Source of the DNA: Mesotaenium endlicherianum
Lineage: Eukaryota
Direction: 5' to 3'
DNA: 35,455 nt
Assembly (NCBI GenBank): GCA_009602735.1
Contig: WELA01002336.1
Span: 89,093 to 124,547, forward strand
In this document: one piece after another, positions 24,057 to 35,455 of the stretch
Numbering within the stretch: the first letter of the stretch is position 1
Layout: each line of letters starts with the position of its first letter
Notes under the pieces: generated by a model
Database searches by the model: none
What the model saw: only the letters and a program-made list of their open reading frames with translations
Told to the model about the DNA's origin: nothing
Program-made: the position numbers and the translations under genes

Positions 24057-24410
24057 CTTCGCTGCTGTTTACCTTACAGGATGATTGCTAAAAGTTGACG
24101 TAGTTGCGATGCGCTACACATAATCGTAAAAGTGTGTTTTAGGGTGAGTTAAGTGATGTAGTGTTATGCGAGGCCCTTTTTCCTTCTGCTCAAGGTGCGT
24201 TATGTGGGCCAGGTTGTCCCCTCTGTCATTATGTTGACACNNNNNNNNNNGCGTTATGTGGGCCAGGTTGTCCCCTCTGTCATTATGTTGACACTTAGGG
24301 TTCACGTAACTGTTCTTTTATCGCTCTTCGCTGCTGTTTACCTTACAAGATGATTGCTAAAAGTTGACGTAGTTGCGATGCGCTACACATAAACGTATGA
24401 GTGTGTTTTT
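24057..24410. repeat. ~85-bp direct repeat in the pol-ORF3 spacer (24057-24140 and ~24325-24410); 10-N gap at 24241-24250
   Basis: CTTCGCTGCTGTTTACCTTACA.GATGATTGCTAAAAGTTGACG... occurs twice with a few substitutions. Confidence 0.8.
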
Positions 24411-24504
24411 ATCGCTCTCGCTCACTAACTGTCATATATTTTCCCCTCCAACTTAAATGGAGACAGGACCGCCTGTCACCTTCCCGTGTCAACTGAAATG
24501 ACAG

Positions 24505-27500
24505 TTATGGAGGGACTCCAGCGGCCCGAAGGTGGAACCGTGTCAACGCCCCTTTGGCATTGGTCAAGTGGTCCTTAAACTCCCAAGTGTCCCCAGAGGC
24601 ATCGTAACCCTTCCATCGAATGAGGTATTTCATGACATATTTAGACGATCGACGGACCGAGCGAGCGTCTAAAATCTCATCGACCTCATATTCCTCAGGG
24701 TCGCCGTCCCGGACAGCGGGGACCGGTCCCGGTTGGACAGGGAACCGACCTGTGAACAGTGTATCACCTTTGATGTACGGTTCCAGGAAGGAGACATTAA
24801 AGACCGGGTGCCCCTTGTATTCAGCTGACATGTTCAGTTTGTAAGCATTCTGACCGACACGACGGACCACCGAATATGGACCGACCCAGACAGGGCCAAG
24901 ATTTTTCTTGACCACACCAGGGAGGTACAGGTGCTGAGAATTCAGTTTGACTAAATCCCCCTTGGAAAATGTCAGTTCCCGACGGTGTTGATTAGTGTAT
25001 TTTTGTTGGTTTTCTTGGGCCGTGTGCAAGTTTCGTTGGACTTCTGACAGGGTGTCAGCAAACTCCTGAGTTAACTGGAGGGAGACCGGGTTGTCAATCC
25101 CTTCAGGGTGAGTTAAAGATTCTCCTAGCACATCTAGAGGAGACTTAGGGACTCTACCCAGGCTGAGTTCAAAAGGAGTTTTGCCCGTTGACGCGTGCAC
25201 CGCACTGTTGACCGCAAACTGAATTTGAGGCAACAGGTCATCCCAATTATCTTGTTTTTGGTTAATATATGCTCTCAGCACCTCCTGCAGAACTCGGTTA
25301 GTTCTTTCAGTCTGCCCATCAGTCTGAGGGTGGTTTGCTGTGCTGAGCAGCTGTTTGACTCCCATTAACCCCATTAAAGCTCTCCAGAACTTAGAGGTGA
25401 ATTTTGAGTCTCTGTCTGAGATGATATTAGAAGGGAGCCCATGTTGGCATACTACATGGTTGTAAAACTGTCTCGCTGTTTCGAGTGCAGTCACTTTGAC
25501 AGTTGTGGGGATAAAAATGACCATTTTTGTCAGTTTATCCACGACTACCAGTATTGAATCATGCCCGTTGGCAGTTCTTGGTAGTGAGACCACCCAGTCC
25601 ATGGATATAGTTTCCCAGCGTCCCGCTGGGATGGGCAGCGATTGCAGGAGACTTCCGGGTGGTGTGTGCCGTGACTTATTTCTCTGACACTGGTCACAGG
25701 ACTTGACATATTTCAAGACCTCCCGGGGTAACCCCTCCCAATGATAATGTTTTGCCAGTTTGCCAACAGTTTTGGCCTGCCCCAAATGTCCACCCAGGAG
25801 ACTGTCATGAGCTTGACTCAGTAAGAGAGACCTTATTTCCAAATTATTAGGAATGACCAGCTTCAGCCTGCCTGAAGTGGTTTCAGTCACCCAGACCCCT
25901 CCCTTGAGCTTATACCCGAGTGCAGTAGCACGACACACACCAGTAGTGGGGCTGGGCTCAAATGTTGGGTCAGAAAGGTAGGCTTTCCTAAGTTGTTCAA
26001 GGAAGGACTTTTTCACCTTTAGTGAAGTGAGTGCACACAGGACTTTATCTACAGCATGCTGACTAAAGTTCCTTTCTTGCAAGTCAGGTCTTCTAGAGAG
26101 TGCATCAGCAGGATTCAACTTCCCTGGTTTGTAGTCGATCTGGACTTGGAACTGCTCCAGCATCTGGCTCCAGCGGTTCTCCCTCCTCGACAGCTTGGAC
26201 TTCTTCTGAAAGTGGGTCAGAGCTAGATGATCTGTAATCACCTTAAAAGCTTTACCATGTAAGTATGCTCTCCACTGTTTGAGTACATGAATGATAGCTA
26301 GCAGCTCTTTATCATGCACTGAGTAATTAATCTCCGCTGGATTAAATTTCATAGACTCATACAACACAGGATGCCACTCCTGCCGTACCTTACCATCCTT
26401 TGTGGTTTTGTCAGCAGGCTGCAACAAAATAGCACCCATGGCAAAATCAGAGGCATCAGTAACCACCTGCACCGGTTTGCTGGGGTCATACACGGCTAGC
26501 ACTGGGGCAGAACAAAGGGCATCTTTAAGGGTCTGGAAGGCAGCCTGCTGCTCTTCCCCCCACACATACCCGATGTCTTTCTTAGTAAGGTCAGTCAGTT
26601 TACTGGCCTTTGTGGAATAATTCTCAATAAATCTCCTATAGTAGTTAGCCAACCCGAGGAAGGATCTAACTTCAGAGACAGACTGTGGTACTGGCCAGTC
26701 CCTTATGGTCTGGACTTTCTTAGGATCCACACTGATGCCCTCTTTACTGACAACGTGGCCTAAGAATTCAATACTTTCCTTAAAGAAATCACACTTGCTC
26801 ATTTTAGCATACAAGTGATTTTTCCGCAGAGTGTCCAGCACTTTCTTTAAGTGTTCAGTGTGCTGAGCTTCATCTTTAGAGAAAATTAAAATATCATCCA
26901 GGAAAACTTGCACAAACTTATCCAAATAAGGTCTGAAAATGTCATTCATAGCACCCATAAAGGTAGCAGGAGCATTAGTCAGTCCAAATGGCATCACGTT
27001 GAACTCATAGTGTCCATAACGTGTGCGGAAAGCAGTCTTGTGTTCATCCCCCTCAGCAATTCTGATTTGATGATAACCACTCTTGAGATCTATCTTACTG
27101 AACACCTTAGCGCCAGACAGGGTATCAAGCAAGTCCTCGATTCTGGGTAAAGCATACTTGTTCTTTACTGTAATTCTGTTCAGGGCTCTGTAATCCACAC
27201 ACATCCGCATACTGCCATCCTTTTTCTTAACAAATAGGATAGGTGCGCCGTACGGTGATTTACTGGGAGAAATGTAACCATTTTCCTCCAGCTCTGCAAT
27301 CTGTGTTTTCAACTCCTCGCTCTCCAAATAAGACAAGCCATAAGTGCGTTGCCAGGGTGGCTGGCTACCAGGTAATAGATCAATCCTATGATCTACTTCC
27401 CTTTTAGGGGGTAGTCCTGGAGGCATGTTAAACACATCAGTGTACTGAGCAACAATTTTTGCAGCAGTAGGGTGCTCCGGAGGGCTTACCTTTTTCTCAA

Positions 27501-28335
27501 CCACTTCTTCAGGTTGAGGAGGTACCTCTCTTAGCAGCAGACAGAACATTCTGTCTTCCTTCTGGTTCCAGCTTTTGACGAACTCCATTGCATTCAGCAA
27601 CTTGCATCCTTCTGGAAGCCTCTTCTTTTCCTTCATTTGCCATCCACACAGGACAAGAGGAAGAGCACTGGTGGGTGCCAAGTCAGTCTGCCCATCACTG
27701 GCTCCTCTCACTTTAACTGTACCTCTGCTCCAACACACTTCAGCTTGATGTCTATTAAGCCAGGACCTGCCTAGCACGAGATCATAAAAGCCAGTGTTGA
27801 GTACCTCAAATGTAAGCGTTTCAGTTAGAACTGCAATGCCAGAACCTAACTGGACCTCAATAGGCTTGGTTATAACTCCTCCCGGGATACTTGAGGCATC
27901 TCCAAGGAATATTTTTCTATTCCCTTGGGTGACAGTAGGCAGCCTTAGCCGCTTAACTAAGTCCTTGTGAATAAAAGTATGTGACGCCCCTCCGTCAACA
28001 AATGCCCTCACCTTCCTACCTGCAATCATGCAATGCAGTAGGATAGGGGGGACTGTCTTTTCCTGACTTTCGCATTGTTCTCCTGACGTAGCAAAGAAAT
28101 GTTGGACATCAGGTGGAACAAGAGCATCCAGAGTGTGCACTCTCTGGACGTCTATATTACTGATGGTCTCCTTTATCTGTTTGTCAGGCATGCATAGTGA
28201 ATCCAGTTCAGCAGGACCCATAATACCTGCTACGAGGGCAGCTAGTGACGACTCACTATCTCTAGCATCCTCACAGTCAGTAGACTGGATTACTGACTGT
28301 TGCTGTCTTTTAAAGGCTGGTCTTTTCTCTCGACC
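24505..28335 (-). CDS. pol: Pol polyprotein: protease, RT, RNase H, integrase (HHCC, DDE, GPY/F), chromodomain; -1 frame relative to gag
   Basis: [88 protein letters not shown]. The frame is open from the TAA at 28336-28338. Confidence 0.98.
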   Translation of the reverse strand, partial: GREKRPAFKRQQQSVIQSTDCEDARDSESSLAALVAGIMGPAELDSLCMPDKQIKETISNIDVQRVHTLDALVPPDVQHFFATSGEQCESQEKTVPPILLHCMIAGRKVRAFVDGGASHTFIHKDLVKRLRLPTVTQGNRKIFLGDASSIPGGVITKPIEVQLGSGIAVLTETLTFEVLNTGFYDLVLGRSWLNRHQAEVCWSRGTVKVRGASDGQTDLAPTSALPLVLCGWQMKEKKRLPEGCKLLNAMEFVKSWNQKEDRMFCLLLREVPPQPEEVVEKKVSPPEHPTAAKIVAQYTDVFNMPPGLPPKREVDHRIDLLPGSQPPWQRTYGLSYLESEELKTQIAELEENGYISPSKSPYGAPILFVKKKDGSMRMCVDYRALNRITVKNKYALPRIEDLLDTLSGAKVFSKIDLKSGYHQIRIAEGDEHKTAFRTRYGHYEFNVMPFGLTNAPATFMGAMNDIFRPYLDKFVQVFLDDILIFSKDEAQHTEHLKKVLDTLRKNHLYAKMSKCDFFKESIEFLGHVVSKEGISVDPKKVQTIRDWPVPQSVSEVRSFLGLANYYRRFIENYSTKASKLTDLTKKDIGYVWGEEQQAAFQTLKDALCSAPVLAVYDPSKPVQVVTDASDFAMGAILLQPADKTTKDGKVRQEWHPVLYESMKFNPAEINYSVHDKELLAIIHVLKQWRAYLHGKAFKVITDHLALTHFQKKSKLSRRENRWSQMLEQFQVQIDYKPGKLNPADALSRRPDLQERNFSQHAVDKVLCALTSLKVKKSFLEQLRKAYLSDPTFEPSPTTGVCRATALGYKLKGGVWVTETTSGRLKLVIPNNLEIRSLLLSQAHDSLLGGHLGQAKTVGKLAKHYHWEGLPREVLKYVKSCDQCQRNKSRHTPPGSLLQSLPIPAGRWETISMDWVVSLPRTANGHDSILVVVDKLTKMVIFIPTTVKVTALETARQFYNHVVCQHGLPSNIISDRDSKFTSKFWRALMGLMGVKQLLSTANHPQTDGQTERTNRVLQEVLRAYINQKQDNWDDLLPQIQFAVNSAVHASTGKTPFELSLGRVPKSPLDVLGESLTHPEGIDNPVSLQLTQEFADTLSEVQRNLHTAQENQQKYTNQHRRELTFSKGDLVKLNSQHLYLPGVVKKNLGPVWVGPYSVVRRVGQNAYKLNMSAEYKGHPVFNVSFLEPYIKGDTLFTGRFPVQPGPVPAVRDGDPEEYEVDEILDARSVRRSSKYVMKYLIRWKGYDASGDTWEFKDHLTNAKGALTRFHLRAAGVPP
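28273..28314 (-). promoter_or_regulatory. Candidate -1 ribosomal frameshift signal
   Basis: T TTA AAA in the gag frame (28314-28308), a 7-nt spacer, then a perfect 10-bp stem ACAGTCAGTA/TACTGACTGT with an 8-nt loop. Confidence 0.8.
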
Positions 28336-29768
28336 TTAGGCAGGTGCTTGACCGGACACTGTTCTCTGTAGTGGCCTTTCTGCTGACAATGGTAGCAAGT
28401 AGATTTTGCTGAGGCTGGTCTCGGCTTAGTCCTACCACCACCCCTTCCATAGCCACCTCGAGAGGGACCACCTCTACCTCTAGACTGAATAGCATTGTAC
28501 TCATACTCATATTCATCACCCTGATTATCCTCAGCCTGGTCTCCTTCAACTGCATTGTAGGAACCGTGGGGCTTTTTGACAATCTTAGACACCAAAGCGT
28601 TACTCTGGCGCTTGTGATTGAACTGCTGCTGATCCCAGGCGTCAGCATCCTGGATCAAGTCAGCCAGTTTCTCATACTTTTTCTCAGCAAAATGACCAGA
28701 GACCTCGGATTTCAAGCCATACCTGAAGTATGCTATCCTATACCGTTCTGGCAAATCAGGCTGCTTCATCATGTTCTCTTGGAACTTTTGAGCAAACTCA
28801 GCAACTGAAGTGGTCTGCTTCAGTGTCAGGGAGATCATCGCATAGATAGCTTTCTCCTGCTGGTTGATGACATCAAACTTCTCATGCAACTTCTCGACAA
28901 ACTCTACCCACGTAGGGTCACCGAGTTGCCGAGCCTTACGCTCTTCCTTCCAGTAAAGCCACCAGTCTGCGGCACTGCCTTTCAGTAGCGCACCGGTGTG
29001 CCTGACCTTCTCGTAATCTTGCAGTTCTGGGTAGTTCTCCAGCCACTGCTCAACATCCGCGAGAAACTTGATCAGGTAATATTTTCTGTTTCCCTCAGGA
29101 TCATAGTCCTGGGGAGGTTTCGGCTTGGGCTTACTAGGCCCTCGGCCACCACCACTAGTGGTGTGAGACCCCAGTTGGTCTCTGTCCCGGAGTAGGGACA
29201 TTATGATTCTTTTGTCCTCCTGCTGGGACTGATACATGGTCGCCATTTGCGACTGCATCTGAACGAACAATGCTCCCAAGTCTACATTTTGGGGTGGTAG
29301 ATTAGCAAATGCAGCAGCAGCATTGGCATCTACTCGCTGAGTAGTGTCCTCAACAATCCCTCTTGCTCCTGCAGCAGCAATTCCTGCCGCATTCAGCCGG
29401 TCACGTATTTGACCTAGGGGTACATTGAGTTGTACGGCAGGAGGTGGGTTCAGAACATTGGCCCTTGATGCCATAAGTTCTTCAACAGTGCGCTCGTCAG
29501 CTGGCTGTCCTTCCCTCCTTTGTATATCTTCAGCGGCCTTTGCTACTTGTTCAGCTTCTAGTCTGGCTATCTCCTCCTCAGCTTGCTGAGCTGCGACTGA
29601 GGCAATAGCAGCTGCCTCATCTGCTGCCTCCCTAGCTGCAGTATCCGCTACTGCTTCCGAATAGGTACGGTTTCCCGCTACATGGCTTTCCGCCTGGTTT
29701 TCGACATTCTCGTTATCCTGGTTCTCCATGTCTCGGGAGTTGCTAGTTTGAGACCTTGTCCTTACCAT
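28290..29768 (-). CDS. gag: Gag (capsid-like region, RGG tract, CCHC zinc knuckle)
   Basis: [32 protein letters not shown] retrotransposon gag pattern; [14 protein letters not shown]. Confidence 0.96.
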   Translation of the reverse strand: MVRTRSQTSNSRDMENQDNENVENQAESHVAGNRTYSEAVADTAAREAADEAAAIASVAAQQAEEEIARLEAEQVAKAAEDIQRREGQPADERTVEELMASRANVLNPPPAVQLNVPLGQIRDRLNAAGIAAAGARGIVEDTTQRVDANAAAAFANLPPQNVDLGALFVQMQSQMATMYQSQQEDKRIIMSLLRDRDQLGSHTTSGGGRGPSKPKPKPPQDYDPEGNRKYYLIKFLADVEQWLENYPELQDYEKVRHTGALLKGSAADWWLYWKEERKARQLGDPTWVEFVEKLHEKFDVINQQEKAIYAMISLTLKQTTSVAEFAQKFQENMMKQPDLPERYRIAYFRYGLKSEVSGHFAEKKYEKLADLIQDADAWDQQQFNHKRQSNALVSKIVKKPHGSYNAVEGDQAEDNQGDEYEYEYNAIQSRGRGGPSRGGYGRGGGRTKPRPASAKSTCYHCQQKGHYREQCPVKHLPKVERKDQPLKDSNSQ

Positions 29769-29789
29769 ACAAAGAAGACTGTGATAACT

Positions 29790-29801
29790 GCTCCGATACC
29801 A
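29790..29801 (-). promoter_or_regulatory. PBS (tRNA-iMet type) of copy C
   Basis: TGGTATCGGAGC versus canonical TGGTATCAGAGC; 1 nt from the LTR. Confidence 0.88.
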
Positions 29802-29802
29802 C

Positions 29803-30523
29803 TGAAATGAATCGACTTACCAAATAGGCGATTAACAATTAATAAAGATCTTTATATCAGCAAGTAATCTTTATGGTACTTTTCGTTAACTGTTTAACGG
29901 CAAAAGGACAACGCACTAGCAGTGAATAATACTCCTCAGTCAAATGAGAGTAAACGAGCATCAATAATGCAAATCAATAAACTCATACATAAGCAAGGTT
30001 AGAAGACAGTGCGTATCAATGGCTTCATGCCTTGGATTCAGATCTCTCTCAGTAAGCTATACAAGAGAGTTGGCCTCGTTTCCGAATGCCGAACTCGAGG
30101 GCAATGCCTAGCATATGTACATGGAATGAGTTTTCTGTTCAACGGTCAGTGCGATGGCACCGCCTACCCGGGAGTTAACCACGTTGGTAGGACCTCGGTT
30201 AACCAAATCCACCGCCATCTCCCATCATCCCGAATAGCGATCCATCATAGGGATGTCATCTGGCTATTCATCTAGCATATCGCACTTAGATGCATATCAA
30301 GGCAGTTCGCTGCTACCGAGTACGGAAGTCAGCGTGCTGTCAAAGAATGTGTCAGCAAGCTGACTTATATGGACTTTCAGCCTGCTGCTTTTTACTGAGT
30401 CATTAAATTGATAATTATGTAAAGTCCAGCAGACTGACTACTAACTAAAGTTCAGCAGGCTGAACTTGATTAACTATTATATTTAAATGAATATTATAAC
30501 CACTAATATACTGATTCATTACA
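29803..30523 (-). repeat. 5' LTR of copy C (721 bp)
   Basis: Direct repeat of 21459-22178, adjacent to the PBS. Confidence 0.97.
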
Positions 30524-32958
30524 AGGATTTACTGAATCAACAAGTTTGTAGTTTGCAAAAATCACGTCTAAGTAGCTTAACAGGCAATGCCAAATTCTGA
30601 GAAAATCGCCCTTCAAGGCTTTCGCTTAACTTTCACAAAGTCACAGCTTCCAAAACTCTGAAACTGCACATCTACGCTGGCCTGGTCTGAGCTCTTCGCT
30701 CAACACCGCACCTTAACAATTCTTCACTGCTTGGCTGGGCTCACTCAGTTCTTCACTGAGAGCTTTACTTGTTAATACTACTCTTGCTATCAGCAATTCA
30801 ACAAATGAGACTTTTGAGAATTTGGAAACTAACATAGCACTCACCATTTTTAAGTGACTTTTGCACGCTTGTGGTGTTTGACCCAAATCTGTGCTAATCT
30901 CCTAACAGATTCTCTTCTGCAGCTCTCTACTTTCTACCATCGAGATCCCCTCTTGGAAACTCCTGAGGTCTAACCTTTCTATGATACACTGAGAAGAAAT
31001 CTTCCAGCGTCGGCAGAAGCGTGGCGTCCCGGCTCCTCTGTGGCCTTGGGAAGTCCTTCTTCTTTGCTCTCCTTCTTCTCCTTTCCTTCTGTACCTATGC
31101 TCCTTCAGCTTCCTTGACAACAATGCAAGCAAGAATGAGGCAGCTTCAGGCTGAACTCGTGCCTTTCGCAGGCACTACACATTATCCTCTCTCGAGAATG
31201 CCAGTGCTTAGTCACAGCGCCTAGCTTGCATGTTGTCCTTACCTAGCAGCCCTCAAAGTGCTTTAGAAGTTGTCACTCAGCATGCATGCACGCCTTGTGA
31301 TTGTCGCGCGTGACTGCTTAGCTGGCATTCACGCCTATGTGGCTGGCGGCTGGCAGCGTTTGAGATGAACGCTCAAGCCATGGCTAGTCACTCGAGGGTC
31401 TTGGCCGAGGTGGCACACAACGCCTCTGCAACATCCCTGCTGTACTTGGCTTAGATAGCCGATTGATCAGTACCAAATCCCCATCCATCCTTGGCTGTGG
31501 GGTTTGATGTGTCGTGACCACTTTGACACTGATAACGACTTTGACATAACCGCTGATTGAGATCTTTGGTCGGTGAGTCAACGCTGACTTTCCGTACCTG
31601 GGCGGCCGTGACTTGTGCTGCGCGTGCGGCACCGTCAAGTGGATAGCAGTCCCGACACCCATTGCCCATTATCAGGGTGTAAAGCTCAAACCGAGTAGAA
31701 TTCGAGCGTGCAAAATAATCCGAGGTTCGGGCGATTGTTTGTGACATTCCGGGATTATTGCGTCTGACGCACGACTGTCGACCAATGTGGTTTCTGGGGC
31801 CGGGCAAGTTTCGGTGAGAAAACGTTGGGGTTGGAAAAATGTTTGGGTCCTAGCAAAACAGGCATGTCACGTTCTTGCGATTGAGGAAAGAGAGTTTCCG
31901 TGTCGGCTGCCACTTTTGTTAATGATTGCAATGATTGTTGTGGTGATGGTACAAAGTCGTGAACTACATGACAGTGCCACCCCTTTCTGTCAACTAGAAC
32001 GTGCGGATGTTGCTGACGTCGTCGTGATACATTTTTATCCGTCGATTGAATTCATCATCATTTGAAAGTTGGGGCTGGGTGTGTTGGGGCTCGTTTTCAG
32101 CCTAATGCGTAATCACCCTAAGCTGTTCTTGATCTATTTTATTATCGTCAGAAATTTCTAGAGTTTGTAGGCGTTAGTTTAATGTCAAAGATAATTACGT
32201 AAGCGTGTAGATACAATTACATACATTATATTTTATTGATTTGTTGAATTGTGTGTAACAACAATTGTGTGTATTTGCTTTGAGGCAGGTACCCCTTGGG
32301 GGTGGCAGGAAGTACTAGCGGCTTTTACTTGCCATCTTCCCAGGCCCTAGCTGGGAGTCGGCCCTCGGGACAGGGTTAACGTGGATATTTGGCTGGCCGG
32401 CGCTTTGTTACGAAGAGTGACGTAGAATCGATACGCACAACAAAACTGTGTCATCAACGTGCTCGACGTGTTCCGAATGTGGGCACTGGGAACTTGGAAG
32501 CAGCGTGGAAGCGCTTGGAAGTGTCGAACCGGTGAACCACATCTCTACCAAGACTTCTTGGATGGTCATTGGGCAATCTAGACTCTAGAGTCTACATCAG
32601 GCCCCCCAATTCAACCATAAAATGTAATTTCAAAAACATCCTGGGCCTGATCGACGCCCATGAATTCTTAAAACATTTTTTTCACCGAGTTTGAGAAAAT
32701 TTCCGTGCAAAATATCCTCTTTAGTTAGCTGGGAAAATGCGTAATTTTGTGAAACATCCGCTCCCGACGGGATGGATTTCACTTGAGGTAATTCTTGTTT
32801 TTGGAATATTTGAAAACCAATATCTGAAAAAACGTAGAGATTTATCTAGAATCCTGAGGCCTGCTCTACATATGTAAGAATCTTAACCTGTAAAATATAG
32901 ACAATGGGATAATCACCTTGCTTAAATGTTTTCGAACTTTTCAATTCGCTGTACTCTA

Positions 32959-33806
32959 TGTGTCATGATTTATTGAGTCGAGGTTGCCGCACGAAACCGA
33001 TCTCCACATGTGTTAGCCATCAACCTAGGAAGACCGACTTTGCATAGACTTTACGCATCCATACGTTGACATTTTCTCAAATTCCAAGTCACCAAAGTGT
33101 AGCGCGTCGAGTCACCTTTCGAATGGCACCGGGTTTGCATCATTTGGTCACGTATCGCGCGAGATATGAGCGATCTAGTCCGCGTCACCTACCGGCCCCT
33201 AGCGGATCCTCACCAAAAGGCAATTTGTGTGTCAATGTGCACATTCTTGCCTATTCGTGACCCCCTAAAACCCCTAGCTTGTGCGCACAAATCCGCGAGC
33301 CCCTTAGCCTACATAAGCTTTGCATTTCCATAGTATATGTGCATCATTGAGGCTATAACTTGGTGACTGCATCACTTACTCCTAGAGGAAGCTTCCTCAA
33401 TTTTCAGATCCACTTCTGAGGCGCTATCTAGGTAGAATCATCCAAGGTAAGCTCGGCCAATGAGGGACATGTAGCATATCCTACGCACCTTGCTTTGATT
33501 GGTTTGAGTTATGCTTAGCCTATAGGAGTGCTAGTACATGCCTTGTACACATTAGTGGACATAGGAGAGCCTCCTAGAGTGACTACATGCATTGGATCCG
33601 CCGCGTACCCCGCCGGATTTCCAGGAGTATAAATACTAGAGATGTCCCTAGAAGAGACATCTTTTAGAAGTCCATTATGCCAGGTGTAAGTAACAGAGAT
33701 TATCAGTAAAGTTTACACTTTTATCTCTTGTGTTTTCAGGACCACTGAGTTACTCTCTTGTGAAGAGCAAGCCCTCCAGGCTTCCAGTCACTTGAAGAAC
33801 TTCACA
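32959..33806 (+). repeat. Possible 5' LTR of the element at the right edge
   Basis: TGTG...CACA ends, TATAAATA at ~33628, followed by AG-TGGTGAGC (PBS-like position) and gag 200 bp later. The partner LTR is not in the window. Confidence 0.35.
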
Positions 33807-34008
33807 AGTGGTGAGCAAAGTCACAGCTTAAGCCCTTGCCATAGGACTACTCTGAAGATCATGATGTGCTTCCAGTGATCTTTTGGGCCATACTTCATTA
33901 GTTGTTTTCCTACCAGATTACAGTCTTGAGGTGCTCACTCTAGAGAGTACACTTCCCTTACTTCTAAAAGAACTCTCTTTGCCTGCAAGCAATTAGAACC
34001 TTCAGCGT

Positions 34009-35455
34009 ATGCCTACCCGTAGTGGGATTTCTTATCAGCCATACTACGAAGAGGTTAGTGGAGAAGACTCAGACTCAGATCTCAGCACTATCACTGAACC
34101 CGCCGAGGAAGAGCAACCGGCTCTTCAGCACACAGCAGTTGCTTCTGAGCCATCTCCCCAGTGGGCTCACTACGATTTCTGGTATCCCATGGCAGGCGAC
34201 CACGAGGTCAGGACTGACAGGTCTGCCTACCGCTTCAGCGGTAGGCCAGGCACCTGTGATCTGGAAGATACCATCTCGGAGTTTCAGGCTGACTTCGCGG
34301 CTGCAAAGCTCAAGACACCCACGCTGACTAAGCGCGACGTCTTCGACACGCTTATGCGCTACCTCTTGCACGAGGCCCGCGACACCTTCCGTGAGAAGGA
34401 GGCCGAGCTCCGGACCCGCACTGAGCTTGTGGGTGAACCACCAGTGGCGACCCTGCTAGCTGATCCAGTGCAAGCCTTCTGGAACATCCTGAAAACAGAG
34501 TTCCAGGCTGCAACTGAAGAGAAGGTGTACGAGCTGCACCATTTCTTCCGACGCAAGAACGAGACTATCCGCATGATGTACCGCCGCTTGGTGCACCTCC
34601 GCCGCGATGTCGGCACTGTCACTGACCGGGAGGCCGCGGAGATCTTCTTGCGTGCCGTCGAGCCGCGTCTGAGGGAGAGGGCCGTAGTCCCCCTCATCGA
34701 CCGCCACGGTTCCGAGTATTCTCTGGAGCAGGCCTACCTCTCCGTTGAGAAGCAGAGCGTGGCCGCCGCACGGAGCAACATTAGCAATCGTGTGGGCTTA
34801 GCATCCACGGGCGTGCGCCAGGAGGCCTCAGTGCTGCCGTCTTCTACGACGCGCACGACGCCTGCCCCAGTTGCAGCAGCAGCAGCCTCAGCGCTCTCAG
34901 CTGCCCCAGCAGACGCAGCAGCGCGGAGCTACGCGTGGCCGCATTTCGATGGCTGCCACCACGAGCGATCCTTGCTGGTCCTGCGGTAAGATGGGCCACT
35001 CACGCCAGAACTGCACTCTTGCGCAGAATGGCAAGCCCGGCGACTGCACCTATTGTGGCAAGGCCGGCCACCTACAGATCGTCTGTCTGCAGAAGAAGCA
35101 CGACGTCGAGAACGGACGCGCTCGCGACGGCCCTACGCCTTCAGCAGGACAGCGAGGCGCACGCAACCCTCGTACGGGTGGCCGCCCCGCGATGACAGCA
35201 GCTACGGCCACGACGGACGCCGCATTGATGCCTGGAGCCGACTACTGCAGCTTCGACGACGTCAGCGACGCCCTCGTGGAGGCCAACGCGGAGATTGCTA
35301 GACTCCGTGGCCTCGTCGACGTCGATAACTATGACGCGTGCGAAGCACTCCTCGCGTCCGTTCCTCCGTCCTACGACACGGCACTGACAGCTGGCGCACG
35401 CACAGCTTCAGCGCACCCATCAGGCTTAGCGGCAGCACCGCAGCCCCGCGCACGT
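34009..35455 (+). pseudogene. gag: Retroelement gag of a different family, +1 frameshift before two CCHC knuckles; runs off the window
   Basis: MPTRSG start and gag-like ILKTEFQ..ELHHFFRRKNETIRMMYRRL. The +1 frame (open from 34802 to the window end) has CWSCGKMGHSRQNC (34973-35014) and CTYCGKAGHLQIVC (35045-35086). Confidence 0.8.

Larger units (their letters stand above)
21459..30523 (-). mobile_element. Copy C: full-length Ty3/gypsy chromovirus LTR retrotransposon with a third ORF (9065 bp as assembled)
   Basis: TG..CA LTRs, TSD AGGAT at 21454-21458 and 30524-30528, PBS, PPT, and uninterrupted gag, pol and ORF3. Confidence 0.98.

Noticed and set aside
24197..24294. Exact 44-bp duplication on both sides of a 10-N gap
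   Set aside because: Typical unmerged contig overlap; likely an assembly artefact.
30529..32950. Short ORFs and a 16-bp palindrome (TAGACTCTAGAGTCTA, 32579-32594)
   Set aside because: No recognisable domains, termini or repeat partner; probably old repeat debris.

Overview
Eukaryotic, intron-containing, repeat-rich DNA; the host gene and PBS point to a plant or streptophyte alga (inference). Left part: a spliced HIT-family gene resembling plant HINT4 (2858-7520, + strand), whose HIT-motif exon is probably hidden in an N gap. Next is a decayed DNA-transposon relic (~7850-10500) with a Transib/Chapaev/RAG1-like transposase C-terminus facing a convergent second gene. The centre holds three pieces of one Ty3/gypsy chromovirus family: a decayed, 3'-truncated copy A (~12400-20147, -), an inverted 3' fragment B (20148-21389, +), and an intact copy C (21459-30523, -; AGGAT TSD, ~720-bp LTRs, tRNA-iMet PBS, gag and pol linked by a candidate -1 frameshift). 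The main novelty is a third sense-strand ORF in this family (558 aa in copy C) between pol and the 3' LTR. It sits in the env position but has no env features, and has conserved splice signals just before its ATG. It is bracketed by two PPT-like tracts and is far more divergent between copies than gag-pol. The right end is the start of an unrelated retroelement gag with two CCHC knuckles. All identities are estimated by eye; no searches were run.
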